Part shown: piece after piece, positions 49,594 through 57,845 of the stretch
How the letters are laid out: each line of letters opens with the position of its first letter
Position numbering within the stretch: the first letter of the stretch is position 1
From: Candidatus Bathyarchaeia archaeon
GTDB lineage: Archaea > Thermoproteota > Bathyarchaeia > Bathyarchaeales > Bathycorpusculaceae
DNA length: 64,000 nt
Reading direction: 5' to 3'
NCBI GenBank assembly: GCA_049521795.1
Contig: JBEKOM010000002.1
Location: 192,001-256,000, forward strand
The notes under the pieces: generated by a model
The model's input: only the letters and a program-made list of their open reading frames with translations
Told to the model about the DNA's origin: nothing
Database searches by the model: none
Made by a program: the position numbers and the translations under genes

Positions 49594-52278
49594 ATGCGTT
49601 CAGAACAGATGATAGGTAGTAGAATCTTGAAACGCGCAGCAAGCATATTTGTCATGGTAATAATAGTGTTTGCCAGTCTGTCAACGCCGTTCGCTCGGTC
49701 CGAACAGACAATGACAAGCCGTAGCCTGGGAATTAGGCCCCAACTGGAACGTAAAGACACGTACATGCTGGATCTCCAATACCCCTTATCTGGACCGGAC
49801 GCCTGGGACATACCACATAATAACACAAGCTCGGACGACGAAATCCGTGGTATGAAGGCAGTGGCATCCATGATAGCCTCGTACTATGGTGGAAACCTGA
49901 GTCAAGACCGCATTGCATACTACGTGTACTACGATTATCTCCGCTACCCGTCTCCGGAAGACGACCTCGGCGATGGATCTGGCATTATCCAAGGTATTAA
50001 CATCCTTGACATACTTCACTGGGAGTTAAACGGGGCCTTATTCACCCGTTTCATGGACGCGAGACCCGGTTTTTCCGAGATAGAGTACTGGATAGATTCC
50101 AACATTCCGATCATCGTAGACCAAGGAGGCAACAACCACCTCCTAGCGATAATCGACGGCTACGACACAAACGGTGAGATGGTTTATGTCCTTGACCCCT
50201 TATTAGGAAATGAAACCAAGATCCCATACGATAGCTTGAGCATATTTGTCGTGTGGATTGTCACGGGCGACCATATAACGGCCCGGTCGGATGAACCTAC
50301 GATTTGGATGGATTCCGACGGTGACGGAGTGGTCGACTTTGACGAGATCAACAGATTTCATACCGACCCTTACAATAACGACACATATGGTCTCGGAATA
50401 AGCGACAAGACGTGGATAGAACTCACCTATATGGGTAAACTCACCTATCCGACAGCGACGTTCACATGTTCCCCAGAAACGCCGTTAATCAATGAACAAA
50501 TAACGTTCGATGCCTCAAAAAGCATCGGAAACATAACGGCATACAAATGGAATTTCGGAGACAACAACGCGACTACGACAGCGGCACCAACGACAACCCA
50601 TGCTTATGCCCAGCCGGAAACCTACAACGTGACTCTGACAGTGGATGATAGCAACGGTCTTTGGAACACTACCACATTCTCGGTGACCGTGGGCGAGAGT
50701 GAAACTCAGAGCGGGAGTGAGTATGTTTCCGAAGCGGCCTTCTACCGACAGTCTCTTGACCGAAAGGGGTATGCGCCCACGGAAGGCCCTGAAACGCCCG
50801 ATCTCCTCTGGACAACGTACCTTAATGATTCGGTGACAACGTCACCTGTAGTGGCTGACGGAAAAGTTTTCATTGGTACCTCAGGTGGAAAGTTCTACGC
50901 GTTAGACGCAACCAGCGGCGGGATCATCTGGACATTTGATGCCGGAAGCCCTGTTTCCTCATCGCCAGCTTTCCAGAACGGAGTGGTTTTTTTCGGCACC
51001 GAAAACCCTGGAAACATATACGCTCTTGACGCATCCACCGGCCTTCCTATCTGGCAATACCAAGTTGGCACGACGGCTGCACTGCCCTCTTCCCCTGGAG
51101 TTATCGACAACAAGGTCATTATGGGTACCTCTGATGGCAAACTTCTCTGCCTAAACGAATCGGAAGGCCAGTTACTGTGGAATACTCAGCTGGGCGCAGG
51201 ACCTCTTTCCTCACCGGCTATACAGAACGGCACGATCTTTATCACGTCAACCCTAGGGGTTGACGCAGTTGACTTGCAGACCGGAACATCTATTTGGGAA
51301 TTTGCAACAAGCTGGCCAGTCACTTCAACCCCCGCGGTTGCCGACGGCCTGGTCCTTGTTGGAACCGAAAACAATGACCACGTATACGCTCTAGACCAGA
51401 GCACCGGAAGTCCCGTATGGAACTATTTCACAAGCGGCTGGCTCACTTCACCAGCGGTGGACACCTCTGCACAGCTCGTGATCGTTGGATCGAAAGACTA
51501 CAAGCTCTATGCCTTTAATGAGCAAACAGGCCTTCTCGAATGGAGGTACTTTAACGGCCCAAACTACCTAACAGCATCAGCAATAAGCGCGAACGGGTTG
51601 GTGTACGTAGGAACCTTTGACGGAAACCTGCATTGCGTCAACGAGACCACTGGCGAGGAAATCTGGAACTACAGCGTGACTGCACCAATAGTTTCTTCAC
51701 CAACCATCATTTATGAGCACGTTTTGGTGGGAGCGCAGGATGGGAGCATTTACTGTTTCGGCCCGCCCTTTATAGTCCACAAAATCGCAGTTTCAAACCT
51801 AATCGAGTCCAGTTCTGAGGTGGGACAAGGATACAGCTTGAACGTGAACGTAACCGCCGAGAATCAGGGCGATTCTTTGGAAACCTTCAACGTGACACTC
51901 TACGCAAACGGAACCGCAATCAAAACAGAGCAGATAGTCCTGATGAACTCAAGCTTTACAACCATAACCTTTGAATGGAACACCACAGGCTTTGCCTATG
52001 GCAACTACACGATAAGCGCCTATGCAACGCCGGTTCCAGGCGAAACAAACACGACAGACAACACACTAGTCGGCGGCTTGATAGTCGTGACCATCCCAGG
52101 AGACATAAACGGCGACGCCACTGTGAACATCCTCGACGCAATAGCGCTGGCCAACTCCTTCAACAGCCACCCAGGCGATCCAAACTGGAACCCCAACGCA
52201 GACATAAACAGTGATGGCGTCGTAAACATCTTAGACGCTATAATACTGGCAAACCACTTCTTAGAACACTACCTATAA
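49594..52278 (+). CDS. Multidomain secreted protein: C39-like domain, PKD, PQQ beta-propeller, CARDB, dockerin
   Basis: SMIASYYG...SQD...HLLAIIDGYD...VLDP; DSDGDGVVDFDE; WNFGD PKD; repeated SSP...G..LW; terminal dockerin. Confidence 0.88.
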   Translation: MRSEQMIGSRILKRAASIFVMVIIVFASLSTPFARSEQTMTSRSLGIRPQLERKDTYMLDLQYPLSGPDAWDIPHNNTSSDDEIRGMKAVASMIASYYGGNLSQDRIAYYVYYDYLRYPSPEDDLGDGSGIIQGINILDILHWELNGALFTRFMDARPGFSEIEYWIDSNIPIIVDQGGNNHLLAIIDGYDTNGEMVYVLDPLLGNETKIPYDSLSIFVVWIVTGDHITARSDEPTIWMDSDGDGVVDFDEINRFHTDPYNNDTYGLGISDKTWIELTYMGKLTYPTATFTCSPETPLINEQITFDASKSIGNITAYKWNFGDNNATTTAAPTTTHAYAQPETYNVTLTVDDSNGLWNTTTFSVTVGESETQSGSEYVSEAAFYRQSLDRKGYAPTEGPETPDLLWTTYLNDSVTTSPVVADGKVFIGTSGGKFYALDATSGGIIWTFDAGSPVSSSPAFQNGVVFFGTENPGNIYALDASTGLPIWQYQVGTTAALPSSPGVIDNKVIMGTSDGKLLCLNESEGQLLWNTQLGAGPLSSPAIQNGTIFITSTLGVDAVDLQTGTSIWEFATSWPVTSTPAVADGLVLVGTENNDHVYALDQSTGSPVWNYFTSGWLTSPAVDTSAQLVIVGSKDYKLYAFNEQTGLLEWRYFNGPNYLTASAISANGLVYVGTFDGNLHCVNETTGEEIWNYSVTAPIVSSPTIIYEHVLVGAQDGSIYCFGPPFIVHKIAVSNLIESSSEVGQGYSLNVNVTAENQGDSLETFNVTLYANGTAIKTEQIVLMNSSFTTITFEWNTTGFAYGNYTISAYATPVPGETNTTDNTLVGGLIVVTIPGDINGDATVNILDAIALANSFNSHPGDPNWNPNADINSDGVVNILDAIILANHFLEHYL

Positions 52279-52321
52279 TCCTCATGGTCTGTTACAAGGA
52301 GAAAGGAGAATACTGTCAATA

Positions 52322-52507
52322 TTGATAATCGATGTTTTGTGTTTGTTAATGTTCTCTGCCCTTGCGTCTCAAGTAAAGGCGAAACAGACTACACTCTTTC
52401 AGGACCATCTTGAAAGCCTCGCGGTGAGCACTTTGAGCGCGCCGGCAACGGTCTTCGTGGATCCTGCGCGCGCTAGTTCATATTCGTTGTGTAGATGTCT
52501 TCTATAG
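52322..52507 (+). pseudogene. Chimeric remnant of secreted-protein genes
   Basis: Tandem GGAG leader at about 52297-52310, signal-peptide-like LCLLMFSALASQVKA, then PATVFVDP (cohesin N-terminus-like) between two (GC)n tracts. Confidence 0.55.
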
Positions 52508-52789
52508 GAATTCTCTAGAATGCAAAATTCATGAAAGCTGTACTGATGCTCACTTGAAGATGGAGAATGAAACACCGCGCAAACCATAAAAAAGGTCATT
52601 GCGCGCCGGAGGCACTACGGAGAAAGGAGAAAGGACTACCCTGTAGTATCACCAGTCGCGCTCTGTCTTCTATAATAAACATCTACGATATTTAAAACTC
52701 CTCAATCTTTACGATGCAATCAGCATTAACCATAAGGGAAACAACTTAACGATCAGGTAAATATTTAACTACCAAAACATTAAAATCAT

Positions 52790-53356
52790 TTGAGCTTAGA
52801 CTATCTGAGGGTGCCCAAGCTGAGTAGCCCAAAGTCAGAAGTCGATTCCTGGAGGGTCTTGCGCGTCTTTGCTAATGAAGTTAGAGTGGCAGTGGTGAGA
52901 TTGTTGGCACAATTTGAATGGAGATCTCTATCAGAGATTGCTGAAAAACTAGAAAGTGATTATGGTTGGAAAATGACGTTGCCAGGACTGCTCAAACACA
53001 TGAAAGAATTGGAAGATGCTGGAATAGTGCACCATGAGTCCGGCGTCTTCGCGAAAGTGTCGGACGCGAGAAAAACCATCTACACATTGCAAGGAAAAGA
53101 AAGAGTTGAGAAAATACTGAAACAACTGGAGGACAACGTAGCAAATCCATTAGAAGCCGGACTGATATTCAGCGAAACCGCTAAACTGGCGCGTGAAGTT
53201 GAAGGTGTAGGAGCGACGGTGACCACAGAAGGACAAAGACATCTTGAATCCTTACTTGCTAAATGTGAATCACAAAAAATCTCCGGCTATCTCACAGAAG
53301 ACGAGAAGAAGAAAGTGAAGCTCTGGAGAATGATGCTGAAGATTATGAAAGAATGA
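52790..53356 (+). CDS. ArsR-like winged-helix transcriptional regulator
   Basis: RVFANEVRVAVVRLL...SLSEIAEKL...LLKHMKELEDAGIV...RKTIYTL. Confidence 0.85.
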   Translation: MSLDYLRVPKLSSPKSEVDSWRVLRVFANEVRVAVVRLLAQFEWRSLSEIAEKLESDYGWKMTLPGLLKHMKELEDAGIVHHESGVFAKVSDARKTIYTLQGKERVEKILKQLEDNVANPLEAGLIFSETAKLAREVEGVGATVTTEGQRHLESLLAKCESQKISGYLTEDEKKKVKLWRMMLKIMKE

Positions 53357-53372
53357 TAGCGCGCGTAGATGC

Positions 53373-54170
53373 TTAGAGTTTTGATGGTTGAATCAGGTCT
53401 TGAATGAACTTTGCGACATTTTCTTTTTCAGGTTTTGGAAACTCACCAAGCAGCAGATTCGCTATTTCCTGAAGGCTTTTGGCAAACTGACTTTCGGGGA
53501 ATCTCCGATAGGCCAAAAAGGATTCTTCAGACCTCACTCCCCCATAAGACTTTGAAACATTCGAGTCTTCTCTAACTTGAGCTATGCAGGGGACCTCGAG
53601 AAGACCCTCAACGTCTTTAACGAAGTCTTTCGTGAACTTCTCAGGCGTCTTAATCCTGTTCAACACGAAGCCAAGCGGGACACATTTCAGCAAATATCTG
53701 CCCAACCGAATCGTATCTATGGCCGATTCAACACACAAGACAAACTCATCCTCCGTCAAGATAAGAACAAAGTATTCACATACGCCAAGCGACAAAAACG
53801 CTGCCCTACCAAGAGGAAACGGAGCGTCGACGAGCATGAAATCCGCTTTTACGCCTAGGAGCTTCTTTGCAAAATTGACCGGGTCCATTTCAAAATAATC
53901 CTGCAACGAAACCCCAGATGGCACCAGAAACAGATTGTTAACACCCGTGGGGTATACTGCGTTCTCAATCTCAATATCTTTTTTCACGACTTCGTCAAGC
54001 TTGAAACCAGAAGAGGTGTTGATGCCAAGAATCGTCTGCAGGGGCCTATTGGGGTCTCCCTCAACCAGAACCACCTTCTTACCGCTCTCAGCTAGAGCGG
54101 CGCCAACATTCGCCGTCAGGAGCGACTTACCCACACCGCCCTTTGACACGGCAAAAGTAATTGACCTCAT
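53373..54170 (-). CDS. MinD/ParA family ATPase
   Basis: Deviant Walker A SKGGVGKS, VLVEGD, LVDAP, GFVLNR. Confidence 0.88.
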   Translation of the reverse strand: MRSITFAVSKGGVGKSLLTANVGAALAESGKKVVLVEGDPNRPLQTILGINTSSGFKLDEVVKKDIEIENAVYPTGVNNLFLVPSGVSLQDYFEMDPVNFAKKLLGVKADFMLVDAPFPLGRAAFLSLGVCEYFVLILTEDEFVLCVESAIDTIRLGRYLLKCVPLGFVLNRIKTPEKFTKDFVKDVEGLLEVPCIAQVREDSNVSKSYGGVRSEESFLAYRRFPESQFAKSLQEIANLLLGEFPKPEKENVAKFIQDLIQPSKL

Positions 54171-54218
54171 TGGACATCAACAAGTGTGTAGACAATAGAG
54201 TCTAAATGGAGGCAGATA

Positions 54219-54236
54219 CTTAACCCAACGGTTAAG
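54219..54236. promoter_or_regulatory. Perfect inverted repeat upstream of the MinD-like gene
   Basis: CTTAACC-caac-GGTTAAG; degenerate copies at 52726 and 52746 upstream of the wHTH regulator. Confidence 0.5.
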
Positions 54237-54238
54237 GT

Positions 54239-56086
54239 TTAACTTTTCTCGTCCTTTTCCTTCTTTTCAAAGCTTCCAATAACGTCCTGCAAAGTGTCTC
54301 GCGGCTGAATCTTGATACCATATTTCTTCTCGAATTCTCTGATTTTCAGGTCACGCCTCTCAACATCAGTCTCGAAAAGTGCTTGCGCAACCACAAGAGG
54401 GTTGAACGCCTGGAGAAGTCGCCTCTGCTCAACAATCTTTCGACGGTATTTGATGGTAAACACTCCTAGAACAGCCTCAACTAACACCATCCCGGCTATC
54501 CCCCAGAACCACCACTGAGACCATACGGACATTCCTGGAGACACAACAGACGCTACTGTTACCTCATGTTCCCCGTGGAGACTTGTGAAGTAGACCCACG
54601 TGTGCGTTCCGTTTGTGCTAATCACACTGTATGAAACCGAAGCATGGTCCACCGTGACTGCGAACGGAGGCGCGATCAGTACACTAGGGATTAGGATGCG
54701 GGAGAAACCCTTGTTCCCGGTCGCATTAACGTTGAAGCTTAACGTGCCAGTTTTGTTGTCTGGACTACGATTGTACTGCAATCCTGAAATCGTAGAATTG
54801 CTGATAACAGCAACAATGCAAGATTGGTTTTCGATGTCGATGCTAAACTGCAAATACTGGCCCATCAGAGGATAGCTATCCTGGCTGTACACTCCCAGCC
54901 ACCCTCTATCATCGACGATGTATGGCTTGTCTCCGATCCCGCTCGTATGCGTGTCAGCACCACCGTAGTCTCCCCAGAAGTTGCCTTGGGCGCCATCATC
55001 CCAGAAATTACCGAAAGAATCGTTGCTCGGTTGTTCGACGTTCCTAATCAAGTTGTCAATGAAGTTGTTGTCAAAAAACCTGTTATTGCTGGAATTCCAG
55101 AGGCGAACTCCAAACTGATCGTTTGCCGAGATGTTGTTGCCTGAAATTCCGTTCCCGCCGGAATTGATGAACCATATTCCAAAAGTGTTATTGGAGACGT
55201 CGTCACCATTGAAGGCGTTGTCCGCAGAATCAAAGAGAAGTATTCCATACTCGTTGTTAAAAGATGCCGTGCTATCATCGAGGGTGTTGCCGCCAGAACC
55301 GTAAAAGTATATTCCGTACCCGTTCCTTGAAAAGTCGTTGCTTTGAAGAGTGTTGTTGAAAGAATACTGGAGCCCAATTCCGCGGCCTTGGTTTGAGACG
55401 ACAAGGTTGCCCGAAAGGGTGTTGTTGCTCGAACCGTATGAATATATCCCGTTCCAGCCGCTCGATGAAACATTGTTATCTGCAAGAACGTTATTTCTAG
55501 AAACGTCAAGATGAATTCCGTTCATGTTACCTGAGGCAACGTTATCCGAAACACTGATGTTGGCAGAACCGTAGAGGTGTACCCCATATTCGTTGCCTAA
55601 AACATCGTTGTCTTCAACAATGCTGTCGTTAGACCCATACAAGTATATACCATTATAGTTGTCTTTCACGATGTTGCCGCTTATGTTGTTATCACTTGAT
55701 TGGTACACTTGTATGCCACTGTAACCAAACATGCTGTTTCGTACAGTCAAACCTGTGACACTGACGTTGTCAGCCGTTATTCGAATAACGCTGCCCAATG
55801 CACGACCGTCAATAATAGTGCTGAGCACATTATCCCCTATAAGGGACACCGACTTGTTCACTACAACGTTTTCATAGTACGTTCCCGAATTCACTCGAAT
55901 CGTGTGTCCACTCAAAGTTGCATCAGCATCTATGGCCTCCTGAATCGTCGCATACCCCAGCCCTGTATCAATGTTAAGAACTGGCAACGTGGTTTCTGCC
56001 AGCACATTGAAAGACATTGCAGCGGTCAAGAGCGAGGCCAATAGTAAAACAAGAATAGCGGTGAGAAGAGCTCTGCCCAATTTCAT
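54239..56086 (-). CDS. NosD/CASH right-handed beta-helix surface protein with C-terminal TM
   Basis: YATIQEAID...GTYYENVVVNKSVSLIG, repeated GIxLxxSxNN, GNFWGDY, DSYPLM; ATG 56086. Confidence 0.9.
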   Translation of the reverse strand: MKLGRALLTAILVLLLASLLTAAMSFNVLAETTLPVLNIDTGLGYATIQEAIDADATLSGHTIRVNSGTYYENVVVNKSVSLIGDNVLSTIIDGRALGSVIRITADNVSVTGLTVRNSMFGYSGIQVYQSSDNNISGNIVKDNYNGIYLYGSNDSIVEDNDVLGNEYGVHLYGSANISVSDNVASGNMNGIHLDVSRNNVLADNNVSSSGWNGIYSYGSSNNTLSGNLVVSNQGRGIGLQYSFNNTLQSNDFSRNGYGIYFYGSGGNTLDDSTASFNNEYGILLFDSADNAFNGDDVSNNTFGIWFINSGGNGISGNNISANDQFGVRLWNSSNNRFFDNNFIDNLIRNVEQPSNDSFGNFWDDGAQGNFWGDYGGADTHTSGIGDKPYIVDDRGWLGVYSQDSYPLMGQYLQFSIDIENQSCIVAVISNSTISGLQYNRSPDNKTGTLSFNVNATGNKGFSRILIPSVLIAPPFAVTVDHASVSYSVISTNGTHTWVYFTSLHGEHEVTVASVVSPGMSVWSQWWFWGIAGMVLVEAVLGVFTIKYRRKIVEQRRLLQAFNPLVVAQALFETDVERRDLKIREFEKKYGIKIQPRDTLQDVIGSFEKKEKDEKS

Positions 56087-56222
56087 CCCAGTACAATATA
56101 TTGTTAAGATGAAGCGACTTCTTTTATGCGTATTGGTAGCGCGCGCTGGTAGCAAACTGAAACCTGGTATCTAAGACCAGAACAGGTAAATACGAGGGTC
56201 ACCATAATTAAATTGATCCGCT

Positions 56223-57299
56223 TTGAGAAACGGAAAGGCAAGTTTGCTTGCTCTAATAATTCTAGCGTTATTTGTGGGTATATATCCACTAGGTAAAGCG
56301 ACGCCCGGAACCGTAGTGGCCGTTGATCCAACGGCAAGCACAGTCAAATTGGGACAGACCTTTGGAATCAATATCAACATTACCGATGTTACAGGGCTTC
56401 TGGGGTTTGACTTCCAGCTGTCGTATGACGCTACTGTTTTGAAGCTCGTAGACATTCAGCAAGGGTCCTTCCTGAAGAGCGTCGGATCCACTCTCGTAAT
56501 CAATCTCACAACCAATGGGGTCATTTGGTTGGCTGTGGCTGTCTACAGCCCTCAACCGCTGTCATCGGCCAATGGAAGCGGCGTTCTCGCCACAGCAACC
56601 TTTAAAGCGGTAGCGGCAGGCGAATCCTTGCTAGACTTATATTCTAAAGACCCCTACACGCCAGACGAAGTTAAACTTGTAAGCGATCCTCCGCCAGACA
56701 GCGTGGCAGCGATTCCCAATGTGGCCGCCGACGGACACGTATTCGTTTCGTCTGATCCCGCAGACCCACCAGACCCACCGCCAAACCCTCCGCCGCCAAC
56801 AACCCCTGCGCTGACAGCGCACGCGCTTGCTCCCAAAACTGTTGTCGGACAAGGCTACAAGCTACCCATAAGTGTAACGACCGCGAATCAGGGAGACCTC
56901 ACCGAGACCTTCAGCGTCGCCAGTTACGCAAACACTGCTGAAATAGGAGAACAAACCCTAACCCTGTCAAATGGAAGCTCCACCACCGTCTCTTTTGTCT
57001 GGAACACTAATGGCTTTGCTTACGGCAACTACTCCGTAACTGCTCAGGCTTTCGTTCCAGGGCAAACGAGCACGGCTAGCGACACTGTCGTTGATGCCTT
57101 CGTGATCGTAACAATTCCAGGTGATCTTAGCGGTGACTTCAAGGTTAACATAAGCGATGCCATTCTGCTATCATCGGCCTTCAATTCTAAACCGGGCAGC
57201 TCACACTGGAACCCCAACGCAGACATAAACGGCGACGGCGTCGTAAACATCCTTGACTCCATAATACTGGCAAACCACTTCCTCGAACACTACCCTTAA
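56223..57299 (+). CDS. Cohesin + Pro linker + CARDB + dockerin adaptor protein
   Basis: VAVDP...FGININITDVTGLLGFDFQLSYD...NGSGVLATATF; DPPDPPPNPPPP; terminal dockerin. Confidence 0.88.
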   Translation: MRNGKASLLALIILALFVGIYPLGKATPGTVVAVDPTASTVKLGQTFGININITDVTGLLGFDFQLSYDATVLKLVDIQQGSFLKSVGSTLVINLTTNGVIWLAVAVYSPQPLSSANGSGVLATATFKAVAAGESLLDLYSKDPYTPDEVKLVSDPPPDSVAAIPNVAADGHVFVSSDPADPPDPPPNPPPPTTPALTAHALAPKTVVGQGYKLPISVTTANQGDLTETFSVASYANTAEIGEQTLTLSNGSSTTVSFVWNTNGFAYGNYSVTAQAFVPGQTSTASDTVVDAFVIVTIPGDLSGDFKVNISDAILLSSAFNSKPGSSHWNPNADINGDGVVNILDSIILANHFLEHYP

Positions 57300-57845
57300 C
57301 CCCGCGTTTCTCGGCGACACTCCGCGGTTTCTGACCAAAGCGACAATGCGTAAATAAGTAGGCTATTCGCGCGCGCTCGTAAGAGACGCTGTGAGAAGAT
57401 TCTTGGAGCGGTATGGTTATTACCCGGGAATCAAGCGGAGGTCGAACACAGTTGAAACTTGTGCACCAACACTAGGATTCGACAACGATCCGTAGCTACT
57501 AGTGCGCTAGCGTGTTTCTGAATTCTTTGGGGAAGTGGCTTGTGCGGCTCATTCTGCTCCCTAACCATATTTGGCTCCAAATATGCATGATACATTGAAA
57601 CCGAGGAGGGGTACCAGACGCCGCCCCACGTTCATGCGCATGTAAAGAAGACTCTGCTGCGTCGCGGACAAATACAACGTTGGGTCATATAGCATACCCG
57701 GGGGGAGGGTGTGAGTGTGAGCACGCAAACACCCAGTCCGAACCATGACAGTAACCATCGACCATCGGAAAACGCTATGCCTGCTCTTGAACGGAATTCA
57801 GGAACAAGCATGCGCGCTCCGAGAAGGAACTTCAAGGTACGCCTG

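Larger units (their letters stand above)
15570..57817. repeat. Dispersed (GC)3-5 tracts in non-coding DNA of the island
   Basis: Runs of 8 nt or more at 20455, 22565, 22965, 40842, 40891, 44739, 44815, 44930, 45738, 48419, 49522, 52466, 56139, 57368; 6-7 nt runs at 15570, 20697, 46268, 52437, 52601, 53359, 57812. Confidence 0.9.

Noticed and set aside
19159-57299. Dockerin repeats as a CRISPR array or DGR template/variable repeats
   Set aside because: All copies are in-frame coding, there is no repeat-spacer period, and no cas or reverse transcriptase gene is present
15748-57299. True cellulosome for polysaccharide degradation
   Set aside because: No glycoside hydrolase or carbohydrate-binding module recognised among the dockerin-bearing proteins in this window
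7992-57845. Island as an integrated element or provirus at tRNA-Leu
   Set aside because: No integrase, transposase or viral gene recognised and no duplicated tRNA 3' end seen
57300-57845. Short ORFs between the last dockerin gene and lig
   Set aside because: No motif, SD or promoter support; probably decayed fragments
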